In this document: positions 1 through 11,892 of the stretch, one piece after another
Position numbering within the stretch: the stretch's first letter is position 1
How the letters are laid out: every line of letters begins with the position of its first letter
Source of the DNA: Cenococcum geophilum
Lineage: Eukaryota
Assembly: GCA_050273025.1 (NCBI GenBank)
Contig: CP158636.1
Coordinates: forward strand, 6,138,001-6,202,000
Direction: 5' to 3'
DNA: 64,000 bases
The notes under the pieces: generated by a model
The model's database searches: none
The model's input: the letters and a program-made list of their open reading frames with translations, nothing else
Told to the model about the DNA's origin: nothing
Translations under genes and position numbers: made by a program

Positions 1-864
1 CCAGCCATTAGATACTAGTGTTAGCTTACCTAAATATTAAGTAATTAGGCCGTTTATTTTAGCCTTAAGCTTCTTATATATTTAATTAAGAAGAGGATTA
101 GCTAGCTAGTAGCGTAAGGGAGGCTTATAGGTAGGTCGGATTTAATAGAGGAATTTAAGAAACAGCTTATTCTTAACCTAGGATAATTAGTAAGTAATTA
201 AAATATTAACTAAGTAGCTACCTACTAAACTTAAAGTAATTCCAGCACTAAAGAAGAACTTAGTAAGGAGCTTGTTAAGTATAGCTGCCTCTACTGTCTT
301 AATGCTATCGTGCTAAGCCCCCTCACGCAGTCGCTTGTAATTGGGCTTTAAAGCGCTTTTTGGAGCCTCTAATAGGTGTAGTTAATATTTAGAATATAGG
401 CGTTAAGGTAGTTCTTAGTACCTTTTTAGATAGGTAACGACTTTCTGACGGCTATTTGAGTGCTATATCTTCTGGCAGTGAATATAGACAACCTTTGGGT
501 GGGTTTTACTAGGGAGCTTATAGGTAGCAACCTCCTTCTAGCATAGATCAGCTATAGAGCCTCCTATTTAGTGACGGTAGCCCTTAGTTAAACGATTAAA
601 AAGGTAGGCTTAAAACACTATGCTAAGACTCGTGATAAAGATGAGTATATAGCTTAAAGAAAGAGTGTGATAAACGGCGTTGTAAATAGATGCTCTGCTC
701 TAGTAATTTGCTATGGGCGAGCCATCCAAAGGAAAGATTCTTCATTACACTGTTTACTAAGCATATGGCCCGTGCAATACATGGTGTAAGCCTCCAGAAT
801 ACACGTGTACACCGTGTATGTACACAAGTGTATGTACACGTGTAAGTGTAAGCTCACACCCCTA
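1..864 (-). mobile_element. 5' part of a RIP-degraded hAT-like DNA transposon, continuing off the left edge
   Basis: Minus strand reads DLC(W)KEV...KVV(C)IHCQKI(W)HSNSRQKVVT(H)LKR(C), a BED zinc finger (bracketed residues restored by reversing RIP), then LLTKFFFSAGI. Terminus TAGGGGTGTGAG at 864 with subterminal TACAC(GTGTA) repeats at 800-850. Confidence 0.7.
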
Positions 865-1754
865 CTCATGAATCAGACGCTCCGTAGCAGAATTTTAACC
901 GAACTCAGTTAGATCAGCACGTGCTTGGTTACGGGGCAGGCACACTAGAAAATCGCTTATATCTGCTCCCTATATTTTAAAATTCTGAACGGAGCGTCTG
1001 AGAGCTTATGGGCGTCGCTTTGGTGAGATTTGAATGCTTTGAAAATTAAATTTTGTGTATTTCTACGAGCGACGTCCTAACCACAAGAGATATTATATAT
1101 TTTATTGATGCAATATATTCTTTAGGTAATCATATCTATATATTTATAAATTATAACCCCCTACTAATAATACTAGGGGGCGAGATATATCGTCGCAGAA
1201 CGTAAGTTAGATTCCTAATTTAAATGTTTATACGGATCCGTAGATTTTAACTAAAACCGACTAACTGCCTATGTCTAACTTCTTATAAAATAGAGCTATA
1301 ATATTACTGTAACGTAGAGGCGATAGAGAAAATAAAGAGCTTTTAGCTTATAGTATTTTAGAAATAATTAGACGTAGAGAAGTATATAAGGTATAGCAGT
1401 AAGGCAAAATTATAATAAAATTGCGATAAAATACTGACCATAAATGCGACCGACTGCCTATATCTAATATTTTATATAATATAGCTGCAACGTTATTTTT
1501 TAATGCAATAGATAGAGAAGCTAAAGAGCTCCTACCTCGTAGTATTTTTATAATAACTAGACGTTATAAAATGGTTGAGATACAGCAGTGAAAAAGGTGA
1601 TTTTTGCTGCATTTTAACGCTACATTCTCACTAAAGCGACGCCTATAAGCTCTTAGACCCTCGGGGGAGAATTTCGTTGGTTAATAAGGAGCAGTATGCC
1701 CGCCCGTGCGCGTAGTGCACGTAACAACGCTCCCCCGAGGGTCTGATTTATGAG
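865..1754. mobile_element. Non-coding compound inverted-repeat (MITE/foldback-like) element
   Basis: Outer IR ctcatgaatcagac (865) / gtctgatttatgag (1754). Inner IR agagcttatgggcgtcgctttggtgaga (1001-1028) / tctcactaaagcgacgcctataagctct (1626-1653). Imperfect internal direct repeat at ~1258-1405 and ~1447-1592. Confidence 0.65.
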
Positions 1755-2156
1755 ATAAGTCTAAGGGACATTTCCAACGTTGCTTAAGAAACCCGACTTT
1801 TTTTATGATTCCCCCTATACTCGCGGTTGAATTACTTAACCACAACAGCTTAAAATACTACTAAAAGTTAATCGATTAGAGAGACGACCTAATATTTCAT
1901 TAATATTGGGTCTAAATTAGCCTACAACTGCCTAAAGTTAAGATTATTTTCGCAAAAAAAAAAATCCATTCTTAGGAATCCCAATATTACCTATAATGTT
2001 GTAATAAGTATATATATAAAAGCCAAAAATTTATCACTAATAGATCTAGTTCTTGTGGTTATTTTAAGCCTATATACAGGCCTAGACCTTACGTAGGTAG
2101 TTTTAATAATTTTGTTAAAGATTGTATATATCCCTATACAAATTTAGGTAACGCGA

Positions 2157-2204
2157 GTCGCAATAGATGTCGCAACGGATGTCGTAACGGACGTCGCAAT
2201 GGGT
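2157..2204 (+). repeat. 12-bp tandem repeat, 4 copies (gtcgcaacggat-like)
   Basis: gtcgcaatagat gtcgcaacggat gtcgtaacggac gtcgcaatgggt. Confidence 0.85.
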
Positions 2205-2236
2205 ATATATATAAGGCCTAAAAATTCATCGATTAT

Positions 2237-5200
2237 TGTAACGAAGCCTTATAGGAAATACTACAGTGGACTTGTTAATGGGCTAGGTATATAGGTATAG
2301 AATAGTCAACAACATAAATATAACTAGTGGAGTAGTTGCCTAATAGATTAACTCTAATTATATTCTAAGATTTACTATAAAGAGAGAAGAACTATCTAGG
2401 TAGGGATTAGGGTCCTTTAAATATATAACCGTACTCCTAAGAAATCCTCCTTATATACAAAGTACGTCTTATATATAAGGTACGTAAGTTCCTTCCGTTC
2501 CTCTTATTTAATATATAGTACGTTATATAACCTTAGCTACCCTTCCTTATTATATAGTTTTACCGGCTCTATTTTAAACTATGTTTTAATTAACTAACTA
2601 GCTACTTCTAACTCCTCTCTTAATAGTCGTAATATTATACTTAAAGCGTCCGTAATACTATCTCCCTCCTTTTTATTTTTATTTTTAAAGACTTATAATA
2701 TCTTTAAGTTATTTATTAAAGGTATAATGTCTATCTAATTAATTTAGTTAATATTGTTGCTTATTATACCTAAAGCTCCTTCTTCTTTATACGCCTAACG
2801 TTATACCCACACCGTTGCTGCAATATTATTACTTAATAAGATTATACCGTCTCTATATTCTTATTATACGAAAGAGGGGTTAGTTTATATTATATTAGCA
2901 AGTCTATCCTCCTAATAACCGTCCTCTTGCTTAAAGTATACTAAAGTAAATATTTATTTATCCTATAACGTTCGCTTTACCTCTAATACTAAATATACGT
3001 GTTTTATTATCCTTAATAGTTATCTAGTTCCCTAGTTAATTTATCTTAGGGTCTTATATTTAATCTACTACTACTTATCTTAATAATAAGTTATCTTAAG
3101 CTCTTACTAAATTAAAATATTCTTATAATGCGGAATAGAAGGCCCTAAATACTTATATTACGGCATCTACTTAATTACTTTATCTTAAGAAGGGTTATAA
3201 GAAGGTCCGTTTTAAAAAGTAAAAACTTATAAAATAAGGTTTATAGAAACTGAGTAATAAAAGAATGGATTTTTTTAGCTAAGAAGGAAATAAATCTAAG
3301 TAGTTCGGCAACTACTCTTCTTAAGTCCCCCTTAGGTGGTTTATTTTTTGGCAATTTTTTTTATTAATACTACCTAACCTAATCTCTTTTAATACTCCTA
3401 TACCTTTCCTATAGCGTTTTTTAGATTCTCTAGTAGCTTCTAGGTAGTCTCTTTATAGCCTATCCACTTGACTTTATACTATATTTTATTATTAATATTC
3501 TTATAACTAACGATCTTTAAAACTTACTATTTATTTTCCTTTTATTCTCTATATATATCCGCTTTATAGACTAGTAGCTTAATATTCCTATATACTAGCT
3601 TTAGTATTATAATATACTATATAGGGTAGATCTTTATCTTAGCTAGTAGGTTTAACTTAAATATAACTAGTAAAATCCTTTATATAATTTTAAAAGGTCC
3701 TAGTTTAATATAGTTTAACTTCTTACTTAGTCGTTAACTTTTAAAATTTTTATATAGTAGCTATACTTTATCTCCCTCCTTAAGATCTAGTCCCTTAGAT
3801 CTCTTAGCGTTATAGTACCTTTTTATTCTCTTTTATACTTTTTTTACTAATTCTATAAGGTCTATATAAAGATTTATTAGTATCTTTATTTTTTCTTTAA
3901 CTATACTACTTATTTTCTTTACTTATTATAGTAATAACAATATTCTTAGCTTATACCCGTAATTTGCCTTAAATAGTAATATACCTATTTCTTTTTATAG
4001 TGTTGTATTATATATAAACTATATAACTAGTAATAACAATACCTAATTATTCTATATATGGTTAATGTAATATCTTAAATACTATTCTAGTATCTAATTT
4101 AATCTTTCCGTTTAACTGTCCATTTGCGGGTAATATATAATAAAAGTTACTACTTAAACTCCTTACTCCGCTAAAAATACCTCCTAAAATACTACTACGA
4201 ATATTAGATCTTTATCCGATATAATTTTACTTAATACCCTATATTTTATAAACACTTCTTTAATATAGATTTTAGCAATATCCTCTACTAAAATTTCTTC
4301 TGTACATACTATAAAGTAGCCCTATTTAGTTAACTTATCTACTATTACTAAGATTACGTCGTGTTCTTATCTAGTAATAGGATCTTTTAACTTTAGTAAC
4401 TTAATAATAAAGTCCTATAATATAACCTCCTATAGTCTCTCTAGTATCTTAATAGGTTATAGCCCTCTATATAGCTTATACCTTATTAGTTTAATTTTTT
4501 TTAGTAATCTAAATACTCCTTTATTACTTTTCTAGCTATACCTTAGATTCCGTTAATAATATATTCTTCTTAAAGTCTTAACACTAAGCCTATTGCTCTA
4601 TTATATCCTTAAGTTATTCCCTTATAAAAATATTCTACGAAATGCTCTAATATACTCTTTAGGATATACTTTACTTCTTAATTCTCGTATATATCCATCT
4701 ATAGATCTTCTAGCTATACTTCTAAAAAAATTTATATCTAAAAGCTTTCTAGTATCTTATAGACTCTTTTTAGTTTATTATCCTCTTAAGTTACTATTAG
4801 CTTAGGGTAATTATATCTAATCCATCCGTCCTTATCTTTGCGTAGCATTGCTCCTAATGGCTTCTTATTATTTTATAGTTTAGCTTTTCTACTAAGTACG
4901 TCCGCTTTTACGTTCTTAGTTCCTTTAGTATACTAAATCTTAAAATAATATTCTGTAAGTATCTCTATCTATTTAACTTATCTATAATTAAGTTCTTTTA
5001 TTATTAGGAACCCCGTTAGGTTCTTATAATCCGTCTTAACTATAAATAGTTTCTCTACGCCTTATAAGAATGCTCTCTATTCCTTAAGTGCTATAATTAT
5101 ACCTAATAACTCCTTATTATAGACGTTATAGTTTAACTCTAGTAGTGTTATCTTTCTACTATAATATAATACTGGGTGCTATGCGTCCTTATATTTTTAT

Positions 5201-6970
5201 AGTAAGTATACTCCTAGTGCGTAGTCTAATACGTCTATCTTTATAACCGTATCTAGTCCTAGTTAGTAAATTTTAAGGATTAGCTCTTATAGCTAATAGC
5301 TTATACCGTACTTAGCGTCCTTATAAATTTAGTATATGTTATTATAATAGAACGCAAAACTTCTAATTAAATATTCTTTTATTCCTCGTAGTATATTATT
5401 ATCCCTCTATATATATATATCGTCTACTAGTCTCGTTCCTTTTACTATATAGTAATTTTAACTACTTCTATAGTCTTTAATATAATAACCTTATTTTCCG
5501 CAATTTATATAAGCTCCTTCTTTAAACTATTTTTCTTGCTATAGAGTCCGCCTAAACATCTTCTACTGTTAAGATCCCTAATTTAGCCTCTGCTCCTTAG
5601 ACCTTTAATTACTTAATCCTTATCCTCTAGGTTTCTATAGTCGTTTATTCTATTTCTTATTTTCTTTAGTACTACTAAGGTCTATTAGCTCTGCGCTATA
5701 CTATAGTTTTTAACTTTAACTTTATTATTGCGTGCTTTGCGCCTTATATAACTATAAAACTCTATCCTAACCCTTCTTAGTCTGCTCTCTTTAGTAAATC
5801 CTATTATTAATCTTAATTACTTAATTAATTAAATCCCTAAGAGTATCCGTATCTTCTATTAGGATAATTACGTCCTAGACTTTTGCCTTAAGTCCTTACT
5901 TACACTGTACTATAAACGCTTTATTATTCTATTTAACCTATATTGCTAACGTTTAAAACTGCGTTATATATTTAATTGCTAAAGTTCTTTATACTAGGTT
6001 TTAAAGCTTTTTTTTTACTATAGTAGTTGCCCCTAGGTCTTTAAATATTTATATTAATTATTCCACAAACCTATTTTAACTTAAGAATATATATTATACC
6101 TCCTAGTTAGTAGTCGTTATGCCGTGCTCCTATACCTCTATAAGGTAAGGTTTAAACTACTTCAGTGCCCTTCCTGTTAAGAATAATCCTACGTAAGCGA
6201 CTTAATCTATAGGCGTTTCTAGTTTAACTCCTTTCTGTATAACCTTAAAGTGCATTTATATAAGAAATCCCTTAAGCTTTAACTTCTCCCCTAAGAATTG
6301 CTTAATTAAGGGTAACTTAACCTTAGCCGCTCCGATCCCATTAATCCTTTCTTTAAATATCCTATTATTATCTATTAATTAATTAACTATTTTCTGTAGC
6401 TGTTTAATAGTAATTAGTTATAAGTTAGTATCTACTATACTAGTGTTATTACCTAATCCTAAGGTAGTCGCCGCTGTGGACGCCGTTATAGCTACTGCTT
6501 TTAGTAGTATATTATTTAACTTCTTTTACTATAACTTTAGTAGTAAATATATAATGAAGCCTTATAGGAAATACTATAGTAGACTTATTAATGGGCTAGG
6601 TATATAGGTATAGAATAGTTAACAACGTAAATATAACTAGTGGAGTAGTTACCTAATAGATTAACTCTAATTATATTCTAAGATTTACTATAAGGAGAGA
6701 AGAACTATCTAGGTAGGGATTATGGTCCTTTAAATACACAACTATACTCCTAAGAAATCCTCCTTATACGTAAAGTACGTCTTATATATAAGGTACGTAA
6801 GTTCCTTCTATTCCTCTTATTTAATATATAGCTCGTTATATAACCTTAGCTACTATTCCTTATTACATAGTTCTACCGGCTCTATTTTAGACTGCGCCTC
6901 AATTAACTAACTAGCTGCTTTTAACTCCTCTCCTAGTAGTTATAATATTGTACTTAAAGCGTCCGTAACA
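2237..6970 (-). mobile_element. Internally deleted Ty3/gypsy chromovirus (family 1, copy C), RIPed
   Basis: 421-bp LTRs at 2237-2657 and 6550-6970. PPT beside the left LTR. gag, RNase H, integrase and chromodomain remnants match 24949-32899 in reverse; protease and RT are missing. Flanks (attat / agata) do not form a TSD. Confidence 0.9.
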
Positions 6971-7160
6971 AGATATCCTATTTTTAGTTGGATGGATGCA
7001 AATTCTATAAAGTTATAGAATAGGGTTGCCTGGGCGTAGTCTATTAAGGGTAGTAGTTTACCCTAGTTATCTTAAAAGTAGTTAATAAAGGGCTAAAGTC
7101 TCTAGTCTAAGTAATAATTTATAATCTCCGTCTAACCGTTTATCTAGGAGTAGTATACTA
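6971..7160 (-). mobile_element. Gypsy integrase fragment related to element E
   Basis: Clear similarity to 57590-57760 (gggcgtagtctatta...gtagttaataaag...gtctctagtctaagt). Confidence 0.75.
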
Positions 7161-7961
7161 ATATGCGGAATGTTAGTCCCCTAATGCAAATTTTAACCTA
7201 AGTGTAATAAGCTAATTAGTTAACCCAAAGCTTTAATTTTAAGCTTTATTATATAAACTTTTATTAATATATATAGAGATGAGGTTTTCCAGGGGGGGAC
7301 CCCCTAGGACCCCTCTATATAGAGCTTTTGCTTAATTTAAAAGTAGTAGTAAGATTAAGGCGCCTTAGTTACTACTAAGTAAGAATCTACTATAGTAACT
7401 AAGGCGCCCTACTTAAGCCGGGCCTAAAGAATATATTGGTTACAAATATAGTATATATTTAAACTGCAGAGCTTTAATATAGAGCCCTCTATATAGGATA
7501 TAATATAGTAGATTATAATTCTAATTTAAAGCTTTATATACTAAATATTTTTAATACCTAATAACTATTAACCACGTTATTACCTACCTAGTTTAGACGT
7601 ATAATAATATAATAGCTTAGCGATAATATAATAGCTTAGCGCCAAGTAATAGGAGGAAAGAGAGGGAGGGAAGGAGAATGGGGGTGGCTTGGCCACTGCA
7701 AGAAGGTTATAATATTAGTGTAGTATTAAACTTTAAAAATTGTGTCCTGGGAGCTTAATTAACGACCCCTATATAAAATGTTAACAACGTTTAATTATAG
7801 AGCTTTAAACCAGTAGATTTTTTAGGACTGCTTATTATAAATAGCTTTAAGTATAAAATCTAGAATATTTAGTAGTGGTGTAAGTATAGAATAGGGTATA
7901 TATTTGCGTTCCTAAATGTTATTATATAACGCAATTTTTAGGTAACAAAAACTAGCCGTTA

Positions 7962-8442
7962 ATGTTACTCGACTGACACCTACTAGAGGTTCCTCCGTCC
8001 TTCCTATCTTCTCTCTCGCCTATCTCCTCGTCTAATACTGTTTATATTACTACGTTAACTAATAAATCCCTTAGTGAGGACTAAGGAGGTATTAGAGCAC
8101 CTCCAGCTCTTATAAGAAAGAAGAAAAGAAGAGAGGAAGGTATAAAGGAGGGAGTATTTATAGATAGGAGGAGGCCTATAAGCATAGGAGATTAGGCAGC
8201 TATAATATAGCTATTAATATTGCTCGACTAATACCTACTAGAGGCTCCTCCGTCCTTTCTATCTTCTCTCTTACCTATCTCCTTATCTAATACTATCTAT
8301 ATTGCTATGTTAACTAATAGATCCCTTAATAGGGACTAAGGAGGAGTATTAGAGCACCGCTAGCTCTTATAAGGAAGAAGAAAGAAAGAGAGTAAGGTAT
8401 AGAAGGAGTATTTATAGATAGGAGGAGGCCCTATAAGTATAT
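7962..8442. repeat. Tandem duplication with ~255-bp period
   Basis: 7962-8186 and 8216-8442 align (ctcgact..cctactagagg..cctccgtcc...ggagtatttatagataggaggaggcc). Confidence 0.85.
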
Positions 8443-9719
8443 AATTTGGTAAGTACTAATAGTATAAGATTCTTATATAAGATAGGCTTAATTGCTTACT
8501 AAAATATAGGGTATCTCTATTACTATAGTGGCTACTATAGTAGTAGAGACGCCTTAAATATTTAATATAACTAACTACTAAGGCTATTAATAAGTGGAAG
8601 GTAGGCTACTAATATAGTATAAATAATATAGTTATTAATATCCTGTTTTTGCTTCTAGTATATACGTAAATCGTTTTTATATTTAGCGTAGAGCCAGTTA
8701 TAAGTAGTAAGCTAGTTTAGGTCTAGCTTTGCTATTAATATAGCCATAGGTGGTATATCCCTTAGTATGGGCCGACTTAGTAGTTCTAGCTTTAGAAGAT
8801 CGTCTTTTCTTCTTATATAGGTCGATATACTGCTATACCTTATTAGTTTTAGCTATATCTTAGATAATAAAGAACTATTAAATCTAATTGGATGGCTTGT
8901 TAAGGATAAGGTTAATTTTTAATTTAGTAAAGGTTGTTATTTTTAGAATTTAATAGGTTAGGAAGGGTTTAAGTTATAGTCTAGCTAGCGTCTTAGCAGA
9001 ACCTTATTTAGACGTTCCAAACTTTTAATTTAATTCATTAGTTTATTTATTAGTTAGGTACGTTTATTAACTAGGGTTAATTATCCGTTTATTTAATAGA
9101 TGGGGAAGAGTCTATATATATATACGAGGTATAGTAAGTTATAAGGTGGCGACAGCCTTAGTAGTTAGTTATATTTAATAATCTAAAATTTTATTACGGG
9201 GAGCGCGATTAATAACCCCTACTAACAGCTCTAACTGTATCTAATTTTTAATTTATAAATTGGTAGATTTATAGGTAATAGTTATTATAAGCAGCTCCAG
9301 GTATAGTATATATAAAATCTTAACTATAGTATAGAGAAGTTGTGGCTGCTAATATACGGTCCTAAGTAGCATGTATTCTCGGAGGTTATATAACTTCTTA
9401 TATAAGCGACATTTCCGCCCTTTAAAAAAGACTTAAAAAATTCTAAAAATTAATTAACGCTATAGTAATATTAATCCGGTGATACTGCCAATTCTCCCTA
9501 TATACTATTGTATATATATTTAATAGCTTTAAAAGCGGTAAGAAGGTAGGATGGATAAGGAGGTTAACATTTAGAAAATTAGATTTCGTGGTTAAGCTAT
9601 TTAAAAATTAGAAAACTAAGATAAATACTATATTCTCTACTTACCTCTAAGCTAGTATATAATTTCCTATTTAGAAAAAGTTGTTTATAAGTAGTTGCTA
9701 CTACCTCCGTATAAAATCT

Positions 9720-10115
9720 TCTTATTATACCTCTTTAGTCTTACTTATAAATAACTAAAATTGTTTTATATTAAACCTACGTTTAAATATAAGCCCTAAA
9801 AGCTTCTTAACTCGTAAGATTGCTATATAGGTTAGCCCGGCTGTCTTATCCTTTTCCTTAATATCTAGAACTATATAGTTAAGTATTAGGCCCTAGCTTT
9901 TATATACAGTAAGAGTAAAAGCTAGAGTAATTAGAAATTAACGCCGTAAGTAAGAGCCTCTTATACCCTCCTACTTATAAAGCACAGAAAATATAGGGAC
10001 GACTTTTTTACTATCCTACCGAGTAAATAGGGCAGGTCCGTTATACCCATCTATTATAATTAGTAGTAACTAAGGCTAATCCTTTTTAATATCTGCGTGT
10101 CCCTTCTATATAACA
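9720..10115 (-). pseudogene. C-terminal PIF1-family helicase remnant, probably Helitron RepHel
   Basis: RIP-reverted minus strand reads RRQFPITLAFALTVHKSQGLTL...AGLTYVAISRVK, i.e. PIF1 motifs V and VI. Confidence 0.8.
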
Positions 10116-11590
10116 TTTTAGTCTTACTAATACCCCTATAACTTTCTAAAGCTATATTTATAAAGCTCTAGGGACCCTAGTAGATACTATCTATATACTC
10201 TACCTAGATAATATTTTTATTTGCTTAAATAATAAAGATAAGTACATTAAGCACCTTAAATAGGTACTACAATAGCTCTACCCTTAGGGTGTATATACTA
10301 AACTAAAAATATTAAGTTTTTAGGCTTTATTATTACCCCTAATAGTATTATAATAAACCTTATTTATATAAAAACTATTAAGGAATAACCTAAGCCTAAG
10401 TTTTATAGGGATATTTAGGTCTTTCTTAGCTTCGCTAACTTCTATAGCCAATTTATCTAAAACTACTTAAATACTATATACCCCTAAATATATATTTTAT
10501 ATAGATATATTATAACCTAACGTTAGATAGGGAGAAGAAGAAGAAGTAAAAGTAGAAGTTAAAAGGACCTAATAATACTTAGTAGGCGTTTTATAAGCTA
10601 CTCGCTACGTTTATATAAGCTTTATTAATTTATTACTTTAACCTAAATCCACTCCTAATAGTTATTACTAACGCTTCTGACTATACCTATAGTGGTATAC
10701 TTCTATAGCCTTTAGGTAGAAAAACTAACTCTATTAGTACCTAATTACTTATTATAGAGGCCTAGTATATTAAGGAACTAGCTAAGTTTAATTTTAAAAT
10801 TAAATATAGGCTAGGTGAAATCAATTCCGCTAATATACTATTCTAGCGCCTAGATTATACTAAAGGCTTTAAAGATAGTGGTAAGAGAATAGTTCTTAAT
10901 ACTATACTGCCTATATTATAGCAAAAGTTGCGGATTATAGGCCTTATAGGTAACCCTAGTACTACTATACTAAACTAGTAAATAGTATACGTATAGTATA
11001 TAAGTGACCCTTATAAATATAGCGCTGGCAAACTATTAGCGACTTAATTAATCGAGGTATAAGCATAGCTAGAGAGACGCGCAAGCCTATATAATTGGAT
11101 TGTCTATAAATAAGGATCTAAAGCTAGAGAAAGGAAAGGAGAAGAAGAGTAGCGCCGGTCAAAGTAGGGTTCTTTTATACGGTTCTCTAGTCACGTAATC
11201 GCAAAGTTCTGCTAAGTTCTGCCAACCAAGTTCTGCCATTTTCTGCTAGTGCTGTGACACAGACTAGGATGTTCTACTATTCTTATTAAACCCTTTTTAG
11301 CTAGCCTAATAGCGTTTAACCTAGAGGAAATCCCTTAGCCTAGGTAATAGTCCCTTATAATAACCTAGTAAGTTGCCTAAATATTATATATTATTTCGTT
11401 AGCACTAACTTTATATAGAATCTCGTGCTATAGTAAGAGGTAGTAGTAGCTACCTTAGCTAAAACGGCGTTTATGGAACACCCCCCTAAGTTAGTAGTTA
11501 ATTTTATAAAAAAGGGGCGCCTTTATATAATTAGTTAACTTAGGGGTAAGTCCCTACTAGTAATAAGGACTATACCCTTAATAATTAAGA
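10116..11590 (+). mobile_element. Deleted gypsy pol fragment (RT and RNase H), related to element G
   Basis: RIP-reverted FGLTNAPATFQSYI..LYLDDI and VITDASDYAYSGILLQ. Resembles the reverse complement of ~62000-63400. Confidence 0.8.
11034..11259. mobile_element. Solo LTR related to the LTR at 42474
   Basis: t(a)ttagcgactt...gtgaca, with 5-bp TSD caaac / cagac (one G/A difference). Confidence 0.85.
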
Positions 11591-11892
11591 ACACCTAAAG
11601 TGAAATAATAAGGTCTAGGTGCTAAATTATATACTACTATAATAGGAGGTCTTTAAGCGGAATTATAATAATCTTATAGGTAGCTACTATAGATTTAACT
11701 ATACCTATAAGGTAATTTCGCGGAAGGCGGAGCGCGCAAGACTAGCTAGAAGGTTATACCTAGGTTTTTCCCTTACTAGGGATTTTTCCTGTAAATAGAA
11801 GGTAGAAGCCTACATAGACCTAGAAAAGGGACCAAATCGGGCAATAAATTAAACAAATATAATGTGTATATAATTACTAGCAATACGGTAAA

